From positions 1,426,001 through 1,490,000 of the forward strand of contig NC_043026.1 in NCBI RefSeq assembly GCF_006345805.1: a stretch of DNA of 64,000 bases. The letters run 5' to 3'. Every line of letters starts with the position of its first letter. The stretch's first letter is position 1. A program made the position numbers and the translations under genes. The notes beneath the pieces are model-generated. The model did not search any database. It was not told the DNA's origin and saw nothing but the letters and a program-made list of their open reading frames with translations. Below, piece by piece: positions 13,539 to 25,335 of the stretch. Origin of the DNA: Octopus sinensis (lineage: Eukaryota).

Positions 13539-13544
13539 TATGTA

Positions 13545-15130
13545 AAGTAAGATAGGGGTTGTCATTTATCCAATATACTGTTGGTAAAGTACCCAAATTC
13601 TTAATACATAAGTGTTTTTAATTGCAATGCAATTAATTCAGTTATTATATTAAACGGGTAAAGAAATATTTTTACCGTTATTTTATGATACAAAAAAGAA
13701 AATGGAGAAACAAATTTAGTTTGTTCATCAACTTTCGGATATTATAATGTTGGATTATTTATTCATTTTACAAATGAGAACATCAAAAGCATACAAAATA
13801 TTATATAAATCAATAGATAAGATAATAATAATACAAATACAGATTTTAAAAGTCATAGTATAAATTAATGAAATCCTAAAATTACTTCTTACAGCTGTTT
13901 CAGCCTATGGTCAAAAGTGAATCCAATTTTCATTTTGTCAACATACTAAGGTTGTAGGCATTTAAAAAAATATAATACTTATTTGTTAAAAGAACCATAG
14001 GCCTCGTCAGAGATTATAATGAACTTTAAAAATATTAATATACTAAACATGATGCACGTATTACTTAATATATAAAAATAAACAATAAACAAATATACAT
14101 ATATAAAAATACATACATACATAAGCAAAGCGTACATACTATTCACATGCGCAAAATACATTAATGAACACCATTGAACAATATATTACATTTGATATAC
14201 CATACGTCATATGCGTATATAAATACATTAGAACATATATACAATATTATTGTATTAACAATAAACTTCAACAGATCGTACATACATAATGTCTATTAAC
14301 ATATCAAAAATTCATGATACAAGATTCAATATATATATATTCATACATATATATACATACGCATACAAAAATTACATGCGTATAAGCATATAAATCCAGC
14401 AATTGTAATACAGCTAATATTTTATGTAAAGCAAAGAAATTCAATTTAAAATCCAAAAGAGTAATTCCAAACTTTTTGTCAAAGCTGAATTTAATCCACA
14501 ATAATTATGCTTCTGTTTTATGTATATTAAAGATTTTCAAAATTATTGAGGGTTAGGGAGCGGTCATTTTAAATCATAAATTTTAATTCATTTGAACTTA
14601 TCCGCTTGATCTGTTGTAAACAATAGGAGGTCAGATTATTAGTTAAATAAATCATATTAGTTTATCTAAACTAAATAAAGCAAGTTTTTTAGGATACTTG
14701 CTATCTCTGCCAAGCAAAATTTACACCATTTGCTCCCATTTAATTACGTATTGAATTCCTTCCTCTTTTAAGCACCATACATGGCTAGCTAGGGATGTGA
14801 TGTTGTGCCTTTTTGGTATCTCTAAAGAGGACCTGTGGTTGTTCAGATGTTGCTTTAAAGGGGCCTCATTTGAACTGACATATTTCTGGGTCTGTGCCAC
14901 CACCACTGATGTCTCTTTTGTTAATCCTAGGTTTGATGTCGCTATTGTTGCTACTACTGCAGGTGTTGCTGGAGTCAGTGCCAAGGCTGTTATTCCTGGA
15001 TGGGATCCTGGTGTGACTGCCATATCTGGCTGCAATGTTGGTGTTGCTGTTAGTTGCCATCACAATTACCATTGTCATTGGATGTGTTGCTCTGGTTGCC
15101 AGTGTTGGCCATCACCACAGCCTCATACAT
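13545..15130 (-). mobile_element. Penelope-like element remnant: endonuclease C-terminus plus terminal repeat with hammerhead
   Basis: KQHLNNHRSSLEIPKRHNITSLASHVWCLKEEGIQYVIKW (about 14735-14885) resembles the PLE GIY-YIG region; 13545-14020 is homologous to 33200-33680. Confidence 0.7.
13887..14013 (-). ncRNA. Type I hammerhead ribozyme motif, intact core, long loop II
   Basis: UCU-CUGACGA-GGCCUAUGG-(84 nt)-CCAUAGGCU-GAAAC-AGCU-GUA/AGA. Confidence 0.8.
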
Positions 15131-15870
15131 GATGCCCTCAGCTTCACATTGGGACCCCCCCCCCCACTAGACAGTCATTGCATACCCTATAAGAGCATCC
15201 TGCCTCTCCTCACTAAAATTCTCTTAATGGAACTAAAAGAGTCACTTAATGTCCATGTCTGTATGACTGTGTGAAGTGTTTGTCCACCAATCTAAGGAAA
15301 ATTCTCACACAAGTCTTAATTTTGAGAGAGAAAGGTGGGGCAAACCAAACAACTTTACCTTTCCTCCTATAATCTTGAAATTCCTTATTCGTTGACTAGA
15401 ACCATATCAGCAACTTTGAACTTATGTAAGGGAGATAACCCCGTCCCTTCTGTAACACCTACACAACCATTCTGGATGTATTTTCTTTTCTTTTTTTATG
15501 TTTACAAAACTAACTGACTGAGACATCTTCCCCGTTCCAGTTCTAGAGAGGCTATGTGCTTTGGCCATACGAGTCTGACGAATTACCTATATGGCCAAGT
15601 GTTTCATAAGTGCAAAACCAAGGGTCGTTCTCTGACCGGCCATGAACAGTCAACTTCCTAAAAAATCTATTACTGTTCTAATGTTTTAGTGTTCTCCAAA
15701 CTCTTCTGGTTTGTGACACACTTTTTAAACATACATAATTTAGCAAGACACCAATTAAGTTTTATGCAAACCTAGCGTTAATTATTTTAATATGATTGAC
15801 TGTGGCTATAAGATGCTGATACACAAATTAATTTTAATAGTAGGACACGTTGAGAAAACCTTTCATTTAT

Positions 15871-17462
15871 CATCATCATCATTTAGCGTCCGTTTTCCAT
15901 GCTAGCATGGGTTGGACGGTTCAACTGGGGTCTGGGGAGCCCGAAGGCTGCACCAGGCCAGTCAGATCTGGCAGTGTTTCTACAGCTGGATGCCCTTCCT
16001 AACGCCAACCACTCCGAGAGTGTAGTGGGTGATTTTATGTGCCACCGACACAGGTGCCAGACGAGGCTGGCGAACGGCCACGCTCGGATGGTGTTTTTAT
16101 GTGCCACCGACACAGGTGCCAGACGAGGCTGGCGAACGGCCACGCTCGGATGGTGTTTTTATGTGCCACCGACACAGGTGCCAGACGAGGCTGGCAGACG
16201 GCCACGCTCGGATGGTGTTTTTATGTGCCACCGACACAGGTGCCAGATGAGGCTGGCGGACGGCCACGATCGGATGGTGTTTGTTACGTCCCCAAAGCAC
16301 GGAGGCCAGTCTATGCGGTACTGGCTACGGCCACGTTCGGATGATTTTCTTGTGTGCCACCGGCACTGGTACCACAAAGATACAAATTCCATTTATGTTC
16401 ATCTATTTTGATTTGTTTTGATTTGATTTGATTTGATTTTCACTTGCCTCAACAGGTCTTCACAAGTGTCACAAGAAGGAAGGTATGCACAGGTGGACTG
16501 ACTACGTCCCAGGTAGGGGCCACGGGTTATGGCCTGACTAGTCTTGCCGGGTCTTCGGATGGTGTTTTTATGTGCCACCGACACAGGTGCCAGATGAGGC
16601 TGGCGAACGGCCACGATCGGATGGTGTTTGTTGCGTGCCCACAGCACGGAGGCCAGTCGATGCGGTACTGGCTACTGCCACGTTCGGATGGTTTTCTTGT
16701 GTGCCACCGGCACTGGTACCACAAAGATACAAATTCCATTGATGTTCATCTATTTTGATTTGATTTGATTTGATTTGATTTTCACTTGCCTCAACAGGTC
16801 TTCACAAGTGTCACAAGAAGGAAGGAAGGTATGCACAGGTGGACTGACTACGTCCCAAGTAGGGGCCACGGGTTATGGCCTGACTAGTCTTGCCGGGTCT
16901 TCGGTTGGTGTTTTTATGTGCCACCGACACAGGTGCCAGATGAGGCTGGCGGACGGCCACGATCGGATGGTGTTTGTTATGTGCCCACATCACAGAGGCC
17001 AGTCGATGCGGTACTGGCTACGGCCACGTTCAGATGGTTTTCTTGTGTGCCACCGGTACTGGTACCACAAAGATACAAATTCCATTGATGTTCATCTATT
17101 TTGATTTGGTTTGATTTGATTTGATTTGATTTTGATTTGATTTTCACTTGCCTCAACAGGTCTACACAAGTGTCACACACTTGCCTCAACAGGTCTTCAC
17201 AAGTGTCATAAGTAGGAAGGTATGCACAGGTGGACTGACTACGTCGCCGGGTCTTCGGATGGTGTTTTTATGTGCCACCGACACAGGTGCCAGATGTGGC
17301 TGGCGAACGGCCACTATCGGATGGTTTTCTTGTGTGCCACCGGTACTGGAACCACAAAGATACAAATTCCATTGATGTTCATCTATTTTGATTTGGTTTG
17401 ATTTTCACTTGCCTCAACAGGTCTTCACAAGTGTCACACGTGTCACACACTTGCCTCAACAG
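15871..17462 (-). mobile_element. RTE 3' fragment with serial internal re-duplications
   Basis: (CAT)n tail at 15871, four 62-bp units, then 342/362-bp repeats of the same segment; TTTAT on both flanks. Confidence 0.9.
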
Positions 17463-17547
17463 TTTATATTTTATAAATATATAATTTGTAAACAAAATAA
17501 AATACATTTTCAAGAAAAATGTGAGTTATCATTAATCGATAATAATC

Positions 17548-17775
17548 TGTAAATATGTGCATGATTTCTTGCAAACAACTTGCACGTGCAAGTGCTACTA
17601 GTCGAGAACTCTGCATACCTGAAGCCAGCAAGTGTATGGGGTCACCAGGAGAGAATGCATGCCATTTCGGGGTCTATCTCTCGATGGTATCAATATGCAC
17701 CAGCCCCCTTCACTCATATGAGGCCCCGCTTGCTAGATCAACTGGTTATCCAATAAAGCTCAATGTTCTTACTAT
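17548..17775 (+). mobile_element. Interspersed repeat, possible solo-LTR fragment (copy 2)
   Basis: Homologous to 12295-12531; may begin TGTAAAT. Confidence 0.4.
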
Positions 17776-17779
17776 TTCA

Positions 17780-20105
17780 GTGATGGGAAGAACAGAGATT
17801 TTGGTGGAACAGCTGATAATAATACTTGCATTTTACTATCAAGCATTTTCAAGTTTCCATGTTTTGATGTCTTTAAGTCTAGCATTGTTGAAAAAGATGC
17901 TTCACAAATGTTTGTAGTTGAAAACTTCAAAAGAATTTGTAGGGGTTTTTAGCTGGGTTTGGATGCTTCTTTGAAATACAGATCCAAAAGTTCTGTAAGC
18001 TCCCCTCTTCATAAATCAATAACAAACACTGATCATTCTTGATTTCGGCTAGTTCTTCTTTTTCAGTAAGTGAAAAAATCAATCCTTGTTGTTGCCAGAA
18101 GTGAATTTCTGATCCAACTGTAGTTTTGGATTTCTAAATTTGGAAAATAATAATTGTTTATCTCAAAGCAATATTAAACGGTCAACAATTAACGAGCTGG
18201 TCTCACATTTTACTTCCTACTCACAAGTTTTGGATAACATTTCAAAATTTCTTTCTTTTACTTTCTGCTTCTAAATTGTTATGTTCTCTCTCATAGCACA
18301 AATTTTATCAGCCGATGTTAAGATATTTTCTGCTTCTCCCTGCAAACTTGTGCTAATTTTATTCAAATATTCAAATATGTCCAAAAGATTTGCTAATTTG
18401 GTTCATCTTGAACCAGATCATGGAATTCATTCTATTAATTTTCTTCAAAATGTTTAAGCATCATTTCTCTCAATTCATACAACTTTTTGAAAGATAACAA
18501 ACCACTGTACGTAGTAGCAGTTTCTTGAAATTTGCTTCCGTTTCTTCACAAATTTGAGCAAATAATCTTGATTTAAGAGATCTGCTTCTGATGACCATTT
18601 GAACCACTTCGTAAATCATCTCCAGCAGTTTGTGCAATTAGTGCTTCACGAAGCAAAAACAATTAGTAATTGTAAAATTTGGTTTTTTTTGCTTGCTAAA
18701 GTTAAACCTTTTACTGAACCTATTATTGGGGGTGCACCATCTGTGCATATTCCTACACAGTTTAACCATAACAAATTATTTTCTTCCATGAAAATTGTCT
18801 TTACCTCTTGTTCTAAATGGAAGTTCTACACAACACAAGAATTGCTCAATAATTCTGTCATTATAAATGAAACATAAAATCCACCACTTGTACTAACCTA
18901 CTGACATCTGTTGATTCTTCTAACTGCAATGCAAATATCAAGTTATTATCTTGAAAAATATTCTTCATTTACAGCTTAATGTCATCAGACACATTTTGAA
19001 TTCATCTTCCAATTGTGTTATCTGCCAGAAGAATTTTATTAACTTCTATCTCAAATTCTGGTCCAAACATTGTTCGAACAATAGCACAACAAGATTCTTT
19101 TATCGTACTTTCAGCTATACTATGTCGTTCCTCACTTTTGGCCTCTTCAGCTTTGTCTGATCTCTTCATTCTCTTTATGAACATTGAAGACTGATTTTTT
19201 TTAGAGATTTTGAAAGTTCAATGAAGGACTCCACTGGTTTTGTTGACAAATTTCCATACTTTCGTTTGCAAGTATATCCCCACAAACTAAACACAGGGGA
19301 CCATGGTTGTTTTCATTTCCAGAAAATAGGAATCCCAGTTTTATATAATCTTTGATGTATAAATGAGACTTCAAAATTTTTCCTCTGACCTCCTGAAGCA
19401 AATCGTTCAACGGTTGTTTGAGTGGTTTCCTTCACAGCTGTTAAATTTTGCTCATTGGAAATGGCATCTTCTGCAATTTTTCTTTTCTTAATTAAAAACT
19501 TATCCATTTTATGGGTAATCTTTAATTACAATTTATTAAGCTGACTTATTATAAAGTTATGATAACTAAACATGTAAATAATATTACCAGCACTAAGCAC
19601 GATAAAATTAGAAATGGCCGGTTCCCAGGGATAAGCCTATAAGACTGATGAACAAGGGGCTAGTGTAGCATGAGTTTAATGTGATTTCATAATTATTCAT
19701 TCACCCTCAGTTATGGGTAATACCAGTAAAAGGGAGCAATAACTTTTGAAAGCAATTCCAGTGTGTTTCGCTCACTGAAACAAGTGCAGATGTGAACATT
19801 TGTGATTGATTTTCAATTGACTTTAGACAAGAGAGTAGCACTTGCAATATGTTAATTCTTTTATGCTGAATAAAATACAATGAAAATATAGTGAAGATTA
19901 CTGGTGCCTTTTTTTCTCACCTTCAAACATTAAGTGGGAAATGACAGCTGGTAGGTACATACATTGACATGTTCTTTATGCTAACAAACAGATTCAGGGG
20001 AGCTGAAACAAATTGGTTTTAGGTATTTTATAAACTGGTTTCCTGTATGTTTGCGACATACCTGGTGACACACCACTATGTTGTGACACAGTTTGGAAAA
20101 CCCTG
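17780..20105 (-). mobile_element. hAT Buster/Charlie-like transposon, degraded transposase
   Basis: MDKFLIKKRK, YIKLGFLF..PLCLVCGDILANESM, LADNTIGRRI..FALQLEESTDVS, TDGAP; 5' terminus CAGGGTTTTCCAAACTGTGTC at 20105. Confidence 0.88.
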
Positions 20106-20162
20106 TTTTAGAGTATGCTTCTTTTTCAAATATATGAACTACTGGTGGTATATATGTATATG

Positions 20163-20202
<40 letters not shown>

Positions 20203-20206
<4 letters not shown>

Positions 20207-20767
20207 CCCGTGTCGGTGGCACATAAAAGCACCATCCGTTCGTGTTCGTTGCCAGCCTCGCCTGGCCCCGTGCCGGTGACACGTAAAAGCACCGTCCGTT
20301 CGTGGCCATTTGCCAGCTCCAAAAGCACCATCCGTTCGTGTCCGTTGCCAGCCTCACCTGGCCCCCGTGCCGGTGACACGTAAAAGCACCATCCATTTCG
20401 TGGCCGTTTGCCAGCTCTGTCTGGCCCCCGTGTTGGTGGCACGTAAAAGCACCATCCGTTTGTGGCCGTTTGCCAGCTCCAAAAGCACCATCTGTTTGTG
20501 TCCGTTGCCAGCCTCGCCTGGCCCCCGTGCCGGTGACACGTAAAAGCACCATCCGTTCGTGGCCGTTTGCCAGCTCTGTCTGGCACCTGTGCGGGTGGCA
20601 CGTAAAAAGCACCCACTACACTCACGGAGTGGTTGGCGTTAGGAAGGGCATCCAGCCGTAGAAACACTGCCAGATCAGACTGGGCCTGATGAAGCCTTCC
20701 GGCTTCACAGACCCCAGTTGAACCGTCCAACCCATACTAGCATGGAAAAAGGACGCTAAATGATGAT
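20203..20767 (+). mobile_element. RTE 3' UTR fragment with expanded tandem repeat
   Basis: About 8 related 39-62 bp units then the standard tail GGACGCTAAATGATGAT. Confidence 0.9.
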
Positions 20768-20786
20768 ATATATGTACATATATATA

Positions 20787-20836
<50 letters not shown>

Positions 20837-20869
20837 GCATATATATATATACAAACATATATTTACATC

Positions 20870-21422
20870 TCTTATATAAAATCCATTCTGTCTGTCTGTC
20901 TGTGTGTCTTCTCAGATCTCGGGCATCCTCCATCCGACTGCATTCAAATTTGATACGTAGATACCGATGGTATCAGGGCGTGTATAATTTTTGAAAAAAT
21001 TACAAAAATTGATTCCAGGTGAGAATGCAATCGATAAAGCCGTTTTTGTCCTGCTTTTCAACCTGTACATAACTGCAGCTTCCATTTTTTGTTGTTTTTG
21101 TACTGCTTAAAGGCACGTTTCTTTCCTGCCAAGCTTACTATTTAAGCCATGTTTGTGTTCTCCCAGTCAACAGCCTTATCATTTCTGGTACTTTAAACTC
21201 TTCGGTTGCATATTTGTGTGAATAAAATCGTTTTTCTTTGGAATAGAAAAAATGTCTATCTTTATTTCTTCTTTTGCTGGTGTCTCAAATTTAGGTTAAA
21301 TCAGTGTTTCTCAAAGGGGAGGCCTATGGGACGGTCGGACAAGTTGTTTTGAGAAAATTTGGTTTAAATGTTTGACAACTCAGCACCGTCCATTGGACAG
21401 GGGTGGGGGCGTTTTGCTCATA
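20870..21422 (+). mobile_element. Non-autonomous element, Helentron/DINE-like (copy 1)
   Basis: Starts TCTTATATAAAA, (GTCT)n near 5' end, GTCCA-T-TGGAC hairpin near end; closely matches 30126-30655. Confidence 0.5.
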
Positions 21423-22451
21423 CATACATACAAACATACATACATATATATGCTCATACATATACGCATGTTCAGATGCATGTATACAAACATACTTGCA
21501 CAAACACACACATCAATTTATTTGTCTGTCTATCTATCTTCCCTTTTTTCTTCATTCAATGAGCCTCACCCAGTTTTTTGTCACTAAATTCCACTTGCTA
21601 GTCATTGGCAAACAGCAACTATTTGTAGAAGTCATTTGTCCATGATATTGCTGCCGAGTAAATTTGAATTCGAAACTGTCATTCCCAAAAGATTTCTTAA
21701 CAAATAAATTCAGATCAATTTTATATACTTTGATATTTCAGAATGTGTGGTGAGTATATAATTATAAATATCCCTCTCCCCATCATATTCCCCACCACCA
21801 CCATCATCATCATCATCATCATCACCCCACCAACAATGATATTATCTTAATTCTGAGACAGAGACCAATATGGAAATATTGGTCATTGTCATCCTCATTC
21901 ACATTGTCGTCGTCACCACCACTGCCATCATAGCCACCACCACCACCACCATCACCTTGTAATAGTTATAATGATTGCAGCAAAAGAAAAACAAACAATC
22001 TGATAGAATTAAAGATTTAAGAAAGACCCTCACCATGTACGTTAAGTTCTTTTCAACCTTTCTTTTTAATCTTTATAGTCTCATTCATCAATGCTCAGTT
22101 GTTCTATTCTGCAGATTCCATTAATTTTTCATCACCTCAAGCCCAACATGCTTTGAATGCTTATTTGTTAACTTATAAAATAATTATCTTTGCTCCATTT
22201 ATAAGCTAATTTTTAGTTCCAAAACTTAGCTTTTGTCTGATGATTGTTCATGTGAAACTAGTTTGTGGTTCTGAAGTGTTTTTAGCTTCTATAAAATGCA
22301 ATATACATACATACATACATACGTACGTACGTGCGTGTGTGTGTGTGTTGTGTGTGTGTGTGTTTATGTAGGTTAAAAAGGAACACATGAGTAAAAGGAA
22401 AATAAGACAAATGTAGAAAATGCTAAAATAATTTTATCATGAAGAACATTT

Positions 22452-22488
22452 TAAGTATGGTTTCGGTCATTGCAACTTTTTCAACTTA
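22452..22488 (-). ncRNA. Hammerhead-like motif with U3/A8 core
   Basis: UAAG-UUGAAAA-AGUUGCAAUGACC-GAAAC-C-AUA/CUUA. Confidence 0.55.
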
Positions 22489-22694
22489 GAGGAGAGCAGG
22501 AAAAAGAAATGAAATTGTAGAAAAATGAAATGAAATACTTTTTAAAAATAATTCCATAGTTTTCAAATACAAGAGATATTTTCCTTTTTTCTGTCCCTCT
22601 TTTTTACTCCTGTGAAGGCTTGGAAGTAGGGAGTTGATGTGTGTTTGGGCAAGTGTTTGTATATATGCATGTGAACACGTGTATATGTATGTGC

Positions 22695-22736
<42 letters not shown>

Positions 22737-22944
22737 GTGTATGTATGTATCTATATATGTATTTATGTATGTATATTCTTTTAAGACTGCTACTCCCTAC
22801 TACCAAGCCTTCACAAGAGTAAAAAAGGAGAGAGACAGACAGAAAAAAGGAAAATATCTCTTGTATTTGAAAACTATGGAAATATTAAAAAAAAACATTT
22901 CATTTAATTTTTCTACAATTTCATTTCTTTTTCCTGCTTTACTC

Positions 22945-22981
22945 TAAGTTGAAAAAGTTGCAAAGACGGAAACTGTGCTAA
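22945..22981 (+). ncRNA. Hammerhead-like motif with U3/A8 core, cleavage triplet mutated
   Basis: UAAG-UUGAAAA-AGUUGCAAAGACG-GAAAC-U-GUG/CUAA. Confidence 0.45.
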
Positions 22982-23177
22982 AATGTTCTTCATGATAAAA
23001 TTATTTTAGCATTTTCTACCTTGTCTTATTTTCTTTCTTTATATATATATGTGAGTGTGTGTGTGTGTATGTATATAGATATATATAGAGAGAGAGTTTA
23101 CAAAAACAACAAAAGATGAAGACAGGTGGTGTACAAAACAAACATGTATTAGTATAATGCTCAGGAAAAGAAAAAGT

Positions 23178-23213
23178 CTTTTACGTTTCGAGCCTATGCT
23201 CTTCTACAGAAAG
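23178..23213 (-). ncRNA. Hammerhead-like motif, zero-loop helix III, A6U core
   Basis: CUUU-CUGUAGA-A-GAGC-AUAG-GCUC-GAAAC-GUA/AAAG. Confidence 0.55.
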
Positions 23214-24355
23214 GGACACAGAAAGAAACAAGGAGAGATACATACATATATATATAACTGTGGAAAGAACCTGTGGAAGAGGTAAACCCAGGAAGATATG
23301 GGATGAGGTGGTGATGCATGACCTTCGAATGTTGGGCCTCACAGAGACAATGTCCATGCATACTCAGGTGTGCAACGGTGTCCATTGGAAGATCTTAGCC
23401 AAGTGTAAGCCTTACATGAACGGCAGTGGAAAATGTGGTCTTTATAATATGGAAAGATGGCTCATCTGGAAAAGCAGCTTAGACCTTGCTACATGTCTAA
23501 ATTCAAAAATTGAACTTTTCGGATCATATCCAAATGTGGCTAAATATTTATTATATTTTTGGTCCCCCACCAGATCACAGATACAACTTGCTTTATATAT
23601 TATTATATTACTTATATTTCTTATATATTTTTTACATATTTTTACATATTTATAGAGATATTGTTTTATATTTTTATTGCTCATATATTTGTTACACATT
23701 TTTTTGTATTTTACCTTCCACCCTGCATTTTTTCTTGTGCATGTGCATATATAGACATGTATATGAATTTTTTTATGTGCACGTGTGTGTGCGTGTGTGC
23801 AGGTATGTATATATATTATATTTTTTTGGCATATGTGTGGTTCCGCATGTGTGTGTTTCAAGTGAGTGTGGATGAGCATATGCATATAGGCACATGTATG
23901 TGGGTGTGTGTGTGTGCCTGTGTATGTATGGACATGTGCACATACGCGAATTCTCTGAGCATTTTTACTCCTTTACTTTTTATATTTTTATTGCTTTATT
24001 TTTTACACATTTTTCTGTATTTTGCCTTTCACCCTGTTTTTTTTCTTGTGCATATATAGACGTGTATATGAACCCGTTTTGTGTGTGCGGGTATGTATAT
24101 ATTTTTTGGCGAATGTGTGTGTGAGCATGTGTGTGTAGATGTGTATAGGCACCTGTACGTGGGTGTGTGGCCATACATGTGTATGTATGGACATGAGTGC
24201 CTACGTGATTGCTTTGAGCATTTTTACTCCTTTACCTTTTACTCCGTCCCCTTATTTAGTGGTCATTCAAATAACTCTTTTGTCTTAATTACGGTCAATC
24301 ACACAGTAATTTCCCTTTGTTTAACAGTCATTTTCATAGCATTTTTCGATGGCCG

Positions 24356-24415
24356 GATAACTGAAGAGATGTGGCTGCGGGTTTCTGCCCCGACATCCAA
24401 AGCTCCAACTTTTAT
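24356..24415 (+). ncRNA. Degenerate hammerhead motif
   Basis: GAUAA-CUGAAGA-GAUGU..ACAUC-CAAAG (G12C)..UUAUC. Confidence 0.45.
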
Positions 24416-24614
24416 CTTGGCTTCCAAATAATTGTCACCTATTATATTTACAGATAAATTCCTCTATTTACATAATATCGAGGTCTCTTTCATTCCTTGG
24501 TTGTCTTACCATTACTATCAATATATATATATATATATATATAGATATATATATAGTCGTAGAGAGTGAAGGAGAGAGAAAAAAACAGGAAGGATGTGTC
24601 ATCAGTTCCTAAAC

Positions 24615-25335
24615 TTATTCAACTATACCAAGTTTCTTCTTTAGACTTTCCGGCATTGTTTGTGGTGGTGGTGGTCGTGGAAGTTTAAACACTACTTTTA
24701 CAGTGTCATAAATAAACCACTGCATAGCTGTTAATGTACCAATCATGATAATACGGGGACCAAGTCCTTTCCACAGACCTGCAAATCCAAGTTCCTTAAC
24801 AATTTCTCCCATGCTTCTCCCTTTAGCTTGGTTCAGTTTTGATATGAGGGTGTCGGCGGGGTGAGGTACACTAGCACAGACTACACCAGCGATATAACCA
24901 GCTTTGATTTGGAACATTCAGAACGAGGCTTAGGTACATAATTGTACAAAAATTCAACGGTTCTTTCAAAATCAGCAAACTTCATCATTGTGTAAGGAAT
25001 TTGTTGTCCCCACTGTGAAACAATACCTTTATAGAAACTAGTCATGCCTTCTTCCTTGATCATTTTTGGAAGACATTCTCTCAAAGTATTAGCATAACCT
25101 GCAGATGTCTGAATCTTCACTTTAGCTGCTTCCAGAGGACAGAGAAGAATATCTGCAAAGAATTGCACTGGCAGCTAAATATAGAGATGTCCTCCATAGA
25201 AAGCTATTTTCTTCACCAAGTACATTACTATATGTTATTTTGAAGACTTCACAGAAACCAAACTTCCCAAGACCTTGCAAAGAATATCTGATGAATGTAG
25301 GGGCCCTGGTTTAACTCAAGGATGGGCCCCTACAT
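24615..25335 (-). pseudogene. SLC25A3: Processed pseudogene of the mitochondrial phosphate carrier, 5' truncated with inverted 5' tip
   Basis: PTFIRYSLQGLGKFGFCEVF, GEENSFLWRTSLYLAASA, FFADILLCPLEAAKV, QIPYTMMKFA, HPADT, LWKGLGPRIIMIGTLTAMQWFIYD, LPRPPPP; intronless with frameshifting deletions. Confidence 0.93.

Larger units (their letters stand above)
22396..23031. repeat. Inverted repeat, about 240-bp arms with microsatellite spacer (PLE-like)
   Basis: 22396-22631 is the diverged reverse complement of 22791-23031. Confidence 0.9.

Noticed and set aside
15565-15605. CTGACGA inside a TTGGCCATA/TATGGCCAA stem
   Set aside because: No GAAA strand in register
16039-16280. Regular 62-bp repeats as a CRISPR array
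   Set aside because: No unique spacers; they are tandem units of the RTE 3' UTR in eukaryotic DNA
22231-22266. CTGATGA..GAAACTAGTT as a hammerhead
   Set aside because: Core and ACUAGU palindrome are present but neither helix I nor helix II pairs
24615-25335. Mitochondrial insertion (numt)
   Set aside because: SLC25A3 is nuclear-encoded; this is a retrocopy
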